Origin: Felis catus
Lineage: Eukaryota
Assembly (NCBI RefSeq): GCF_018350175.1
Contig: NC_058382.1
Location: 61,072,001-61,136,000, forward strand
Direction: 5' to 3'
DNA: 64,000 nucleotides
The notes under the pieces are model-generated. The model did not search any database and was not told the DNA's origin. It worked only from the letters and a program-made list of their open reading frames with translations. Below are positions 38,036 through 51,360 of this stretch, in pieces (positions within the stretch are counted from its first letter, which is position 1; the number at the start of each line of letters is the position of its first letter). The translations under genes and the position numbers were made by a program.

Positions 38036-39518
38036 AACGAGCCACCTCTCAGGCTGGGGACGGAGGAGGCCCGGGTGTGCTGCTAATGCTGTCCCCGGAG
38101 CCGGGGTGCGCACCTCCATCCCTCTCCGACGCCTCACTCCTCCCTTGTCACTGCCACGCTGCCCCCGACAGTGAGGTCCTGGTTCTTCCGACCGCAGGCT
38201 GGCTGAGAAGCCACGACGGGTGCAGGGTGATGGCAAGACACCAGCCGGGCCAGGCGCTAAGCAGGCCGTGGGGTCCTCAGAGAGGTGGCCAGGCGGGCTG
38301 GCTGGGACCTGGCCCGGGAACCAGGAGTGTGGGCGCAGGCTCGGCCCACAGTCCACTGCAGGTGGATGTGACCCAGGCACCCGTCTAGACGCATACCCCA
38401 AGCGACGTGGGTGCAGAGGCCACCAAAGCCACATCCGACTGTCAGTGCACACTGACGTGTACAAACCCTGCGAACAGCCCAGATGTCCCCCAACAGAGAA
38501 CAGATGGACCATGGGAGTGCCAAGATGCTTAGCGCACCGTGGATGAGGTTCCTGGAGGCTGCAAGTCAGTACGGAAATTATGCGGGGAGGGGACAACCGT
38601 CCTCACTTGGGGGGGTCGCACAGACACACAGAGGACAGGCACCGTCTCCAGCACTGCTGTTGGCACGGGGAGCCTCTGAGCCTCTGCCGGCCCCGGGCTC
38701 CAACAACTCGGGCTCCCCCTCGAGGCCCTGCCCCCAGTCCTCCCCCCGCCCCCTCCCGCCACACCACCTCCCAGAGGCAGAGCAGCAGTGACATGGCCTT
38801 GGCTCGCAGCCCGCCTGGAAGTACCCTTGCACACGGGCCCCTCTGCAGGCCCAAGTCCCCTGTTGTGACACGTCTGATTTCTCATCTCACCAAAGGGCGT
38901 TCCCGAGTCTCCCCGGGCCTCCCTCCAGAGAGGAGCTGCCGTGCTCCTGCACTGCTGTGAACACAGCCATGGGGGGGGGGGGGGGGGGGCTTCCGGTTTC
39001 CACCTGCCCGATGACACTCTCAGGTAGATCTTTATCAGAACTGCTAAATTACGTGATGGCTCACAGCACAGGAAACCCAACGCGATAACCACACAGAACA
39101 GCACGCAGCACACGCCCCTCCGGGCCCCCGTGTGGAAGACGCCAGCCCCCGCCTCTGTAACGCTGGTGGGACCTGGAACACTCCTGAGACGAGGGGACCC
39201 TCGGAGAACGGGGAGGGAAGCCAGCCGCTGAAGCAGGTCCCTCTGGGAGGCACGCAGTCTCGGCCTCCAGCCACTCCGCACGGCTCTCGGCACGGCCACA
39301 CCGCCCCCAGGACTCTGCCTACACGGCCGGCAGTTTTCACAGAAACCTCGAGAGAGAAAAAGGGACTCGAGAGAGAAAGGGACTCGTCCTGTGGGAACTG
39401 AGTGCGAACACAGTGGCCTCTGGGGGTGAAGATGCTGTCTGCTCACGTGAGGCGTCACCAGGAGGACACGCAACTAAGTATCACCCAGTGTTCGTCCGCC
39501 AATTCTTCCTTCTCTTAT

Positions 39519-39617
39519 AGATTTTAAGTCATCTCTGCAGCCGGGGGTGGGGGCGCGGACTCGCGATCCCAAGATCAAGAGTCGGACGCTCCACTGACTG
39601 AGCCAGCCGGGAGCCCC
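39519..39617 (-). mobile_element. Short older CAN-SINE
   Basis: agattttaagtcatctctgca...caagatcaagagtcggacgctccactgactgagccagcc. Confidence 0.8.
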
Positions 39618-40010
39618 CAGGATTCTCAGATTCTGCTGCACGAGGCAGCCCGTCCCAGGCAACCCCAACAACAGAGGTAACGCGCGTCTCCTCCCTCAGC
39701 CTCAGCTGGGCGTGCAGACAGACACTGGCAGCTGTGAGCAGTGGGCATTCTGGGAACCCGGGGACTCTGAGCAGCATCGGGTCTCACAGCCCCGTGCCCC
39801 CTGACGCCTGACGTGCCATCCCGTCCACGTCACCACCCCCCATTGTCAAGCCCACATTTCTACACCAGACCGCGGCAGAGATGGGCAGGCAGTCGTCCAC
39901 ACGACCCCGCCAAGTGGTCTTCAGAAAGGCTGCCGTGAGCACGTCCTCACCAGGAGCACGCGGGGTGCCCGGTGCCCACCCTTGCCAATACCATTGAAAA
40001 AAACAAGAAG

Positions 40011-40240
40011 GGGGCGCCTGGGCGGCTCAGTCGGTTGAGCGTCCGACTTCGGCTCAAGTCATGATCTCGCTGTTTGTGAGTTCAAGCCCCGCGTCAGGCT
40101 CTGTGCTGACGGCTAGGAGCCTGGAGCCTGCTTCGGATTCTGTGTCTCCCTCTCTCTCTGCCCCTCTCCTGCTCATGCTCTGTCTCTCTCTCTCTCTCAA
40201 AGATGAGTAAACATTTTTTAAACAAATATTCTTTTAATAA
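40011..40240 (+). mobile_element. CAN-SINE
   Basis: Full element. Confidence 0.9.
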
Positions 40241-41786
40241 AAAAACAAAACGATGGTGAACATCAGCCTACTGGGCTCGTGCTGGCACCCGTGGCTGCCT
40301 GTCCGTGAGCGTCCCTTCCCACGTGACCACCTGTGCCCTCAGTCGCTCATCCGCTCTGCACGTACTGACCGCACTGCCCCGTGTGCAGGCCTGGGGACTG
40401 CAGCGGGCATGTGCTTCTCCGTCACAGAGGGTCTCAGGAAGACAGCTGGCTCACAGCGCGCCTAGCAGGGTGGCTTAGTCAGGAGAGGGCGACCCGGGAC
40501 ACAAGGAACAGAACACTGGCCACACAGGTGAACACGAATCCTTGGAGCTGACGGAATGGTCTTGCCGTCGTCCCTGTGACCTCGGCCCAGCGGTGTGAGC
40601 CTGGACGTGTGCCAGACCCTGCCCGGGGACTGGGCGTGCGGGGCGCACCTGCTGAGCGCGGAGTCCTGCCTTCCCAAGCTCAGGCGGCACACGCTGAACG
40701 CAGCCATCGGAGTGACCTCATGGCACAACGGTGTCACCACAGGACGCCGAGGCCCGTTTGGCTGCCAGGGCACACCACGCGGGTGACGCCCTCACTGCAG
40801 CCCCTGCAATGACACGCCTCTCCCCTGCAGCCCTTCGTGTCCATCTGTCCGTGCCGAGCACCGCAGAAGCCACTCACCCTGTCCACGTGCTGTGGCCTTC
40901 CCTCAGTGCCACACAGTGACGTTCCCCAGGACGAAACCCGAACCAGGACGGCCATCTGCTAACGGAGGGCACTGACCGGGGCTGACTCGCTTGCTACCAG
41001 ACCGCAGCCTCAGTCTGAAAAGGACCCGCTGGGTCAGAAATTCTGCATCTGTGATGCTCCAGTTTTCCAAAGCAGGAGATCTGCTGCAGAAAAAAGGCTA
41101 CAAAAACCCCTATCGTCTCTGCTTTCCTACATCAGATAATTGGCCAGGTTAAACAATAACTTCCCTCCTTTAACTGCAAGGACCGCCAAGTGGATGCTTG
41201 GAGCAAAACAAGCCTAATTAGTAACAACTGAACTTTCCAGAAATAAACCCATAAAGAAGCCACCTCCTTTCCCCTCGAAGTCGCTGACAGCCGGTCTCCC
41301 CAGACTCGGGAACATACGACAGGAAGGCACGCAGCGTCCACTGGCTTCCGGGGTCTCTGCTCTGACCTGGACCAGAAGGACGCTCTGTGGGAGCAGAGAA
41401 CCGAACCGACTCCGTGTGAAGGCCTGTGCATGGTGGCCGACAGCAAGCACGGCCGCTCCTTGTTCCCGCGGCCGGAAGAGGACGCCCCCGAGCTCGCCTC
41501 TGCGGAGCCAGGAGATGTGGGCTCCCTCGGCCGAAACTTGGGCCCGCATCCAGGGCGGAGACAGGGCAGGGACCGTGGCGTGCAGTGTGCCCAGCTCCCC
41601 CGGCGTTCCTTCGGGAGCGCTGCCTGCGCGCGGCCGGGCCCTCGGGGCCTTTGCTGGGGCTCTGCTGCCTTCGGCCCGGATGTGGGGAGTGTACCTCCAG
41701 CGGTGGCCTGACAGGCCAAAAATCTTGGTTGCTCCAGGACACCTCCCCCCGCACTTAACAAAACCAAATAAAAAGCTCTGGGTGAG

Positions 41787-42154
41787 AGGCACCAGGCTTG
41801 CTCAGTCAGTAGAATGTGCGGCTCTTAACCTCAGGGTCATGAGTTCAAGCTCCACGTCAGGCATAGAGCCTACTTAAAGAATAAATCAAACTCGGGGCGC
41901 CTGGGTGGCTCAGTCGGTAGAGCGTCTGACTCTCAGTTTCAGCTCAGATCATGATCTCGTATTTCGGGAGTTCGAGCCCCACATCAGGCTCTAAGCTGAC
42001 AGCATGGAGCCTGCTTGGGTTTCTCTCTCCCTCTCTCTCTGCCCTTCCCCCTCCCCCGCTTGTGCTGTCTCCGTCTCTCTCAAAATAAGTAAATAAACTT
42101 AAAAAAAAATTAAAAATAAATAAATAAAATAAATAATAAAATAAATAAAAAAAA
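41787..42154 (+). mobile_element. Two tandem CAN-SINEs (short older type 41787-41885; 41894-42154 with an (AAAT)n tail)
   Basis: Two heads and two tails. Confidence 0.85.
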
Positions 42155-42703
42155 ACATTGGGGCGGGGCGGGTGGGGGGTAGCTTCTGGATGTGAATGCG
42201 AACTGCCCAGAGAAATAAAGTGTTTTTTTCCCTTATTAAATAAAGGGTATTAGCTGAGAGGCTATGTTTAAAGTACATTTACCCAAATGTCCTACTTTCT
42301 GTAGAAGGGAACAGACCAGCTACATGCCTGAAAGCCCGTCTGCAAACAAGACAAACAGCCATCACAAGGTGAACGGATAGGGAGGCGCGGGGATCACCCC
42401 ACGGGAGACAACACGGCGGTTAAGGGTGAACTGACGCACGCCCCCACGGGGATGGCGTACACAGAGCGCGTGCGGAGGGAACGCATCCAGACAGAGCCGT
42501 GTACAGTGGAATCCCGTGTAGACGGAGGCCCAGAAGAGGCAACCCCAGGCCCCAGCAACGCAAACTCAACACCAAGGGGGCACCGGCTGCATCAGGGCCC
42601 GTGGCACTTACGGGGCAACGGGGCCGCACAGGGCACACGTTCACACTCATGCCTGTACTTACTCATGTCTACATCACACCTACATTTAAAAGGAGAAAAA
42701 AGT

Positions 42704-42930
42704 GGGGTGCCTGGGTGGCGATTTCAGCTCAGGTCACGATCACACAGTTCCTGAGTTCAAGCCCTGCATCAGGCTCTGTGCTGACAGCATGGAGCCTGCT
42801 TGGGATTCTCGTGCGTTCGTTCTCTCTCTCTCTCTCTCTCTGTCTCTTTCTGTCTCTCCCCCTAACCCATGCCCTCCCCACAGCGTGCATGCCCCCCCCT
42901 TTCTCTCTCTTAAAATAAACTTTGAAAGAA
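42704..42930 (+). mobile_element. CAN-SINE
   Basis: ggggtgcctgggtggc head, (CT)n. Confidence 0.85.
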
Positions 42931-42979
42931 AAGAGAGAGAGAGAAAAGAAAAAAATGTACGCTTAGCTCAAGAAAGCAT

Positions 42980-43270
42980 CAGTAGTGTGGTTACAGTGCC
43001 CATCCCAAAAAATATATCCATGTAGAACTTATATAAATGTGACCTTACTTAAAAAAGGGTCTGTGCACATGTAACTAAACTAAGGACTCGAGAGGAGACC
43101 GTGCTGTATTGTGTGGTCAGACCCTAAACCCAACAACCAGTCCCTAGAAGAGAAGGGAGAGGGTCATTAGGGAAGGGGGCCACGTGAAGATGGGGTGCCA
43201 GGGAGGCCAGGGCGGGCTCTGCCTAGAAGTCTGTGGGCGACGTGGCCCTGCCAGCCCCTCCATTCAGGTG
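42980..43270 (+). mobile_element. MaLR (MLT1-like) LTR fragment
   Basis: aatgtgaccttacttaaaaaagggtctgtgcacatgtaactaaactaagga...ggccacgtgaagatgg. Confidence 0.6.
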
Positions 43271-45012
43271 TCACAGGCGTATGTGCCTGTGAAGAGGCCC
43301 CAGGGGACTAACGCAACATGTGTGATGATAAATGGCCCGTCCCCCGTGTTCCCAGGCCCTGGGGCCTGTCCGACGTGGTACGCATGACATACTGCAGGCC
43401 AGCAGACACTGCACTTAGCTTCCTGTCCTACTCAGGGGGACCCTCAGACCACCGGGGCTGAGGCGCCACCCCAGCTTCTGGGATGGCCGCCACCCAGTGG
43501 AGGGGACTCGGCTTTGGATCCCTGGCTGCTTCCCTTCCCCATGTCTACGACTCTGAACGGGATTCTTCCATGGCAAGGAGTGTTCACCACAGAAAGTGGG
43601 GTTTCTTTATTTTAAAAACTAACAAAGAGAGTCTGCTGAGCCCAAAGCATGTGGCTGGTGGCCACTTGCCGTGTGCCCACAGGGGAAGGAAGGCTGGGGG
43701 AGACCCAGTCACGGCTCACATGCGAGGACGCTCATGCTCCGTGTCCAGACAGTCCTCCCTCCAGAGCGAGCAAGCCCGGGAGCTGGCCACACGTGGGAAC
43801 GGGTCTACAAGGACCTAGATGGCCTCCTTGAGGCCGCCTCTTAGGGTGCAAAGTCTAAAAAAGTGACTATCTGACCGTGTAAGAAAAAGCCTGCCAGCCC
43901 CGTGCTATACGAAGGCACCACGCAGGACCCAGTCAAGGGCAGGGGACAGCCATAGTTACCAAGAGAATACCAGTTTCCACAAAATAACTCTCAGACCTAC
44001 TGAAATACAAAGGTACAGAGGAAAGGCCGGAAGAGAAACACAGGTTACAAAACCGTATGCCCACAGGGGTGGTGAAAACAGAACATGTAACATAAAAGAG
44101 AACTTCCCGTTGAATCGAGAACCCAGAAACTATTGACACTGGCCATCTGAGTAGGAGGGCTACATTTTCCAACGTTTTGCCTATCTGTATTTTCTAATTT
44201 TCTACCGTGCACACATACTGCTTCTAAAATCTGACCACAGAAAAAGACAGATTGAATTTAATAATAAATACCTTAATTAATAATATCTTATCCAAGTAAG
44301 ATTTTTTTATCTTATGAATCGTTTTACCTTCATGATCTGGGCAAAGCCCTATGAGTTTTGTCACAGGACGTACATGTCAAGGATGAAAGGCTGGAAACCC
44401 ATCTAGTGGGAAGGAGGGGAGCCTGGAGCCCACAGCTATGCAGACACGCCCTCCAGCGCCGCCTGCCCGGAGTTCCCGTAGTCCACAAGCAAAATAAAAG
44501 GGAAGTTTTGCTGTTAGGTAATAAAAACCATCTAATACAACAGCCTTGGACACTGGCAATCCCTCCTGGACGCAAACAAAGGAGTAGGACGTGGCCAAGC
44601 CGGCTTTAAGGCTTGCATCCACCGATTCAAAGAACAAAACAAAACAAAACAAAACAAAAGCTGTGCCCTGGGTGAGGTGGCCAGCACAGCACACAGAGGT
44701 CAAGCCACAGCCCAAGTCCACAGCCCTACTCTGCACCCCATGTGAGCTGCATTTACAGAATGTACAAGGTGAAAACAATTACTTTTCAAACGATCCCAGG
44801 AATTTGGAGCACCCCTAAATCTGTTCAAGAGGAGTTATTGTATTTCATGATTTCCTCATTAGAAATATTTTCTATCCTCATCATTTTATAATAAAGTAAC
44901 AATAGCTATGATTTTCACTGAAATGTTTCAAGTATGCATAAAAGTATGAGAAACAATGCAACAAACACTTATGTATTCACCATCTGTTCACTTTGCCATA
45001 TTTGCTTTGGAA

Positions 45013-45171
45013 TTTTTTTCTTCTTAGAGAGAGAGTGAGGGAGGGGGAAAGGGAGGGGAGAGGGGTGAGGGGTGAGGAGGGAGAGAGAGAGAGAGAGAGA
45101 CAGGGAGAGGAAGAGGGGGGTGAGAGGGAGAGAGAGAGAGGGAGGGAGGGAGGGAGGGAGGGAGGGAGGGG

Positions 45172-45205
<34 letters not shown>

Positions 45206-45585
45206 GACAGAGAGAGGGAGAGAGAGAGAATGAATGCCAAGCAGGCTCCACACTGTCTGTGCAGAGCCTGACTTGGGGCTCGATCCCACGAACTGTGAGA
45301 TCATGACCTAAGCCAAAATCAAGAGTCAGACACTCAACCAACTGAGCCACCCAGGTGCCCCACTTTTTCTTTTTTCTTTTTTTTAATGTTTATGTTTTGA
45401 GAGAGGGAGAGAGAGAAAGAGCATCAGTGGGGGAGGGTCAGAGAGAGGGAGACACAGAATCCGAAGCAGCTCCAGGCTCCGAGCTGTCGGCACAGAGCCC
45501 AACACAGAGCGTGAACTCACAAAGCGTGAGATTGTGACCTGAGCTGAAGTCGGACCCTCAACCGACTGAGCCGCCCAGGGGCCCC
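45013..45585 (-). mobile_element. Two tandem CAN-SINEs (45013-45361 with an expanded GA tract; 45364-45585)
   Basis: Heads at 45361 and 45585. Confidence 0.9.
45026..45229. repeat. About 200-bp polypurine (GA)n/(GGGA)n microsatellite
   Basis: Directly visible; expanded SINE CT tract. Confidence 0.95.
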
Positions 45586-46517
45586 TGAAGATTTTGGGTT
45601 CTGATGCCAATCTGACTTTGGCGCTCATCGTCTGCGCCCATGTCTTCACACCTACCTTACGTGTAAGCCTGTAAACACAGTACGTGGTATCTTCACAGGA
45701 AACACTGCGCAGACCCTCATGCCCCATCCCCTCCCGAGTATGCTTGTGCCATCTGTCTGCGCTCCTGTCGCCCGCGCACAACTGCGCTCCTCACTGGGGG
45801 CGTCTGGCCCCTCTGGGAAACACGGCTCTCTGCTGACTGGTGCTGGTGTCTGTCTCCCTGCTCCTCGTGCTACAAACACCCCACACTGAGCACTGTCGGC
45901 GCGGCTCCTTCCGCAGCTAAGAGTCCCTTTAAAATTTACAGCCAGAAACGGAGTTACAAGAAACTGAGTGTAAATGCTTTTACAAATCTGATCGAACTTG
46001 ACACTACACAGCCATTCACGAACATGCCCTCTTCTGTGCTGTAAACTCATCACGAAATTCGGCTGCGAGAGGGGAAGGGTGCTCTGCACATAACAGACTC
46101 CTGAGGAACAAGGTCAGGTTCCACAAAAAGTCAACAATCAGTGCTCAAACAGTCAGGTGGGAGCCCGAGACTCGCCCTGGGCAAAGCAGCGCACAGCGAA
46201 AGGACCGGAGTTGGAAGCCCCACGGCCCGGATAGTTCTGAAACCCAGAAATCACACGAGCCAAGTGCGATTCGTGAGTGTTCCTCAGGAGGAAGGAGCTA
46301 CAGCTTTTGCCCAATTCTTAGAGAGTCCAGGACCCAAAAAAGGTTTTGACGGTGGTTTCTTCTTTCTACACAGCGCGGCACGTGTGAACGCCCAAACAAA
46401 GCACTGGAGGGACACTTTACTTTCCAAATCCAACTTCCGAATCAACTAAAAACTCACTAACAAACCCAGAGGAACGCAATTATATATTATAAATGACCAG
46501 ACTTCTCTCTTATTAAA

Positions 46518-46723
46518 TTTTTATTTTTTTTAACATTTATTTATTTTTGACAGAGACAGAGACAGAGCACGAGCAGGGGAGGGGCAGAGAGGGAGACACA
46601 GAATCTGAAGCAGCTCCAGGCTCCGAGCTGTCAGCACAGAGCCCGACACCGGGCTCGAACTCAGAGGCATGAGATCATGACCTGAGCTGAAGTCGGCAGC
46701 TCAACCCACTGAGCCCCTCAGGC
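46518..46723 (-). mobile_element. CAN-SINE
   Basis: Full element in reverse orientation. Confidence 0.9.
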
Positions 46724-49154
46724 TCTTTAACCCAGAAAAAACCATATCATAACCGAAGTCATGACTCACACTGTTCATATGCAATACTGTGAAATTTTTA
46801 AAAACTGAGATTTCCACTGAGAAAAATTCCAAAGCCCAAGTTCACAGTCCTGTGTCAAGGGGAAGAAGGATGTGAAACCACCTGTGGATCTGAAGGTTGG
46901 CTGTGCTGTGGAATGCAGACAAGACCGGAAAACAAGGCTGTCCTGTCTCTCTCCACAGTGAACTCGTCTCGGGACTCCTCTGTGTAAGTCAGCAGGTAGA
47001 GTGATCACGCACTCAAGCTAAAAGGGCGCAGACAACATACAGCGGACAGGGCGGCCTACCAACTTCGCGGGCACGCCAGCAAGGCTCTTGTGTGCACAGA
47101 CCCCACCAAGCGTCCCCACCTTCCGGAAAGACTGTGTGGGTGAGACCGAGGCACGTCACCTTAGCAACAGCTCCAAACATACGTGCACCCAACACCGGCT
47201 GCTTTCTGAAAGCTGTAAACAGAGGACAATGGCATCAAAGTTCCAGATTAGGGCAAGGACCATCCACCCCCTGCCCTCTCTACCCTCCCCCAGCCTTACA
47301 TCCCACTGAGAACACTGAGTGATTCCGCGTGTGCAAAGGTGCTTTTAATCCCCAAGGATGCGGAACACTGCATAATTACGTACCCACCGGAGGCACCTTC
47401 GTGCACAGACACACAGTGGCCACGGGACGGCAGTCTGTGGCAAAGGACACAGCTTTGGGCCCGGAGCAGCTATAGCCCTGGCAGGGATTTCTGGGCCTGG
47501 CTGACCCAGGTCGCTGGAGGGCCTCCTCCCCACAGGCCGAAGGTTCCAAGGTTCTTGTGACAAAGCAGGAAGTCACAACAAAACAGGAGAAAGGTGCGGC
47601 AGGCCTCCAGCCTCGGGAAATCAGGGAGAGTTTCCTGGTAAAGTCCAAGGTATGGGCCTCTGAACCCATTTCCATCTTTGGAAAACACAGTCCGTTTCAT
47701 CTTACGGGAAGAAAACTTAGTAAATACTCCCCGGAGATCTGAAGACTGTGGAACTCAACCATTTGGTCTAGGATAAACCGCGGCATAAACAGGTGTGCCC
47801 GGGACCAGGCCTGCACACGGCCCGGCGGGAGTGACACGCCAAGAGTGAGGTGGGGCCGGACGCGGGAGAAACTGGCTTGGTTTCAAGCCAACTTGGTTCC
47901 GATCATAAATTTCCACCATCTCCGTCCGTCTTCCTCCAGCTTCTGATGTGCTGGGGAATGATCTGCTTTCTCCTTATTCCCTTCCTACCATATTCTTCAA
48001 GCAGCGGACAGAAAAGGAGGCGAATAAATCCACATGCACGGACTGACATCTTTAAGAGAAAAAAACAAACCTGGTATTTCACGCCGCGAACCCTGCTGTG
48101 GGCCGTACAGATACGCTTCTCCGTACAGGCGCCGCCGAAGCTCAACTCTCAATATCCCACGGAAACGCAACTGCGTGATCAAACGGAGATGTGAAAGTGT
48201 CCTGAGAATAATCCCTCTTCTGTCCACTGAGGACTGAAGACAAGTCCACGTCTTTCTGCGCAGGTACTGACCCCCACGCGGCAAAGGGGTGGAAGAAAGG
48301 AAGGAGGTGAAGGCAGGGAGGGCCTGCATCACGTGTCCTGAGAAAGGCGCCACAGGTGTGCTCTAGGACGCTGACCTCAGGACACAGGCACCGTGTGAGA
48401 CTGAGCACTCATGTTCGTGGGCAGCTAAGTGCATTTTGCTGAAGCAACGTCCAAGTTCCTAAGCGGACAGAAACCAACACCCATGAACTCCAACACTGTT
48501 TTACAGGCCCAGCTATTCAAATGCATCTGTGGCAAATTCTTTCAAAGTAAAAACAACTCAGATTTGTCTTTCTAGGTGACCGTGCCCCTGTGTGTAGGCT
48601 GGGGGGAGGGGGGGAGTGGGGGAGACCCTGGCAGTGGAGGGACACCCGTGAGAAAACGCAAAGAAGCCGGCCAGCTGCGGCCCGAGGAAGAGTACTGCAG
48701 GGGCCTATGTGGTCCCCTCCCAGAGAAAACGGACAGAGAATCTCGTTCCCGAAGACTCGCTGTTCTGCCTCTTGGAGAGCTCCTCGAGCTCTGGGAAAGG
48801 AGCCCCGTGCTGCGAAGCGTCTCCCCACTCCTCCTCGGCCTCTCTGCCGGGTTCCCTGTCCAACGTGCTTCGTGCTCCTCTGCTGGCTGCTGGCAACAGG
48901 AGGCTGCGTCCGTGTTCCAAAGACCGGGGCGAGCTGGTGGCACGGAGGGAACGGAGGCCCTGGACGCTGCCGGCCGGGGAGAGCGCAGGCCCCTCACCAT
49001 CCACTGCTTGGTGGCTCGAGGCCACCTGTCTCAGCCTCCTTGCCTGTCCTCCGGAAGGCTGGGGAGCATGGATGAGTGCTCCCCACTCTGGCAGCTGTAC
49101 CGGGTGACGGTGCCCCCCTCCAATCCGTGTCTGGGATTTAACGATCCATTTCAA

Positions 49155-49300
49155 ATTACATCTGCACAGCACTTTACTTCCAAACGTTATTTTATTCAGA
49201 GCCCCTAAGTAGTTTCAGTTGAACAGATGGCATTATTTCCACTTTACAAACAAGACAGGAGCTGAGGCGATCTGAGACACACTGTCACGGGGAGTGCCCA
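49155..49300 (-). mobile_element. MIR fragment
   Basis: attatttccactttacaaacaag...gctgagg core. Confidence 0.4.
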
Positions 49301-50070
49301 GCAGGCAGGACCCCCGACTGGGGACCCTCTCTCGGGGCCACAGGCCGGCTGGGGGTGAATGAGCTCCCAGGGAAAGACAGACAGATCTCATCCCCTTGGG
49401 GACAAAAAAAAAATCATTCCGTCTTTCACAATTACCCATGAATCAAGGAGTCTCACCTTCCCCTGTGTATAAGCTGCCTCGGTCCTGAAGAAAACCCTGG
49501 GTGTTTCTCGGCAAACGGGCCTACGGAGGCTCAACGAGACCTAAGGATAAGCAAGGCCAGGCCGGCCTGCTCGCCTGGGGAAGCTGGCAGGGGCCGCCAC
49601 ACAGGCAGAGTTCCCAAGTGTCAGGGTTAAAAATGAGGACAGGAAAGATGACTTTGGGAGCAGCATCCCTCATCAGTAACACATGAAAAGACAACGACGG
49701 ACGAGGTAGGAAGTTGAACAACTTGAGAATTTTTGTCTTCACCTTGAAGTAAACACCAAATTGCATTTTCTCTGGTTTTGCTATAAGACTTCTCGTGGAA
49801 AATACCACTGAAAAGAGACAGTGAGAACAAGTGAAAGTCAGAGGAAAAACCACACACACACCCCCCATAATCCAAGCTAAAGTGACCAGGAACATGAAGC
49901 CTGGCCCCGGGCAGCCTGCCAGGTGACCACACACACTGACAAGCTACTTGAAGTGAACACAGGTGTCAGCACCAGGGCATAGAACCCTGTCAAGGTGACC
50001 ACGAAATGAAGGTGTATAATGGCCACATTTGTGGAGGAGGAAAAAATGAATAGGAAGAAAATCCAAAGAC

Positions 50071-50073
<3 letters not shown>

Positions 50074-50114
<41 letters not shown>
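50074..50114. repeat. (GA)n microsatellite, about 20 units
   Basis: Directly visible. Confidence 0.95.
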
Positions 50115-50118
<4 letters not shown>

Positions 50119-50923
50119 TAAGTGAAAACAAACAGAAAGCCCAGTACAGTATGACACATGTTCACTGAGTCTGAAAGTAAGAGGGCGAAGAAATCCAGTT
50201 AGGAGACAAAGTCCATCAGATGGGAACAGGAAAGCTGAGAATCAGCGAAGGAAATCTAACACAAAAATCTGGAAAGATTCCAAGAGGAGAGAAGAGATGA
50301 ACCACGCAAATACTGAGCAGGGCAGAGGCTGCTGCCTTAGCACGGGCACAGGCTTGGGGCCAACGCACAGCTCAGGAGGCAAAGTCAAGGAAACACGGCC
50401 AGAGGCCCCTTTCACAAGGAGAGGGTTCCAAACCTGTGCTCACGTGAAAAGCCTCCCCAGAAAGAGCAGGAGCTGACAGGGAAAATGGAGCTGGCACTAC
50501 CAGAGGACAGGAGACGACCCCCCACCAAAAGTCAGAGTACACAAGATTCGTACACAGCAGTGAGCACACATGACACGTTCCGCCAACTCCCGTCAAGGAC
50601 ACAACAGACGGTCATGAGCACTGACCAGGCGCGGACCCACAGAGCACGTCGAAACCCTCTGAAAGGATCACTTCTTGCCCCTCAGTGCAACTTAAGACAC
50701 GGGAAGGCAGGACCAGGAAACACCTTAACTCTGAGAATTAAGAAATGTGCTTCTAAGGACAAGGACCAAGGACAAACTCAGAGGAGTGGTGATTAAAAAT
50801 CTTCAAAACAAGGAACGACATATCGCTACACAGTAAATTTGGAAATCCAGGTAAAGTAGCTCTCAGAGGAAAATATACTTATTTCCAGAAGGCATCCCCA
50901 AAGAGGTTTTAAAAATCAGAATA

Positions 50924-51360
50924 GGGGCGCCTGGCTGGCTCAGTTAGTTGAACGTCCAACTTTGGCTCAGGTCACGATCTCGCAGTTCACGAGTTCGAGC
51001 CCCACGTCGGGCTCTGTGCTGACAGCTCGGAGCCTGGAGCCTGCTTCGGATTCTGTGTCTCCTCCTCTCTGCCCCTCCCCTGCTCACACTTGCTCTCTCT
51101 TTCTCTCTCAAAAAAATAAATAAACGTTAAAAAAAATTCTTTTTATATCACAATGGGCAGGGGGGGCACCTGGATGGCTCAGTTGGTTAAGCGTCCAACT
51201 TCGACTTGGGTCATGATCTCACAGTTTGGAAGTTTGAGCCCCACGTCGGGCTCTGAGCTGACAGCACACAGAGCCTGCCTGGGATTCTCTTTCTCCCTCT
51301 CTCTCTCTGCTTCACCCCCACCCCGCTTGTGCTCTCCCCCCCCTCAAAATAAATATTAAA
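50924..51360 (+). mobile_element. Two head-to-tail CAN-SINEs (50924-51137, 51164-51360)
   Basis: Pair flanked by aaaaatcagaata at 50911-50923 and 51361-51373. Confidence 0.9.

Noticed and set aside
38529..39473. 314-aa minus-strand ORF
   Set aside because: No domain signal, runs through a G homopolymer, composition typical of GC-rich noncoding DNA.
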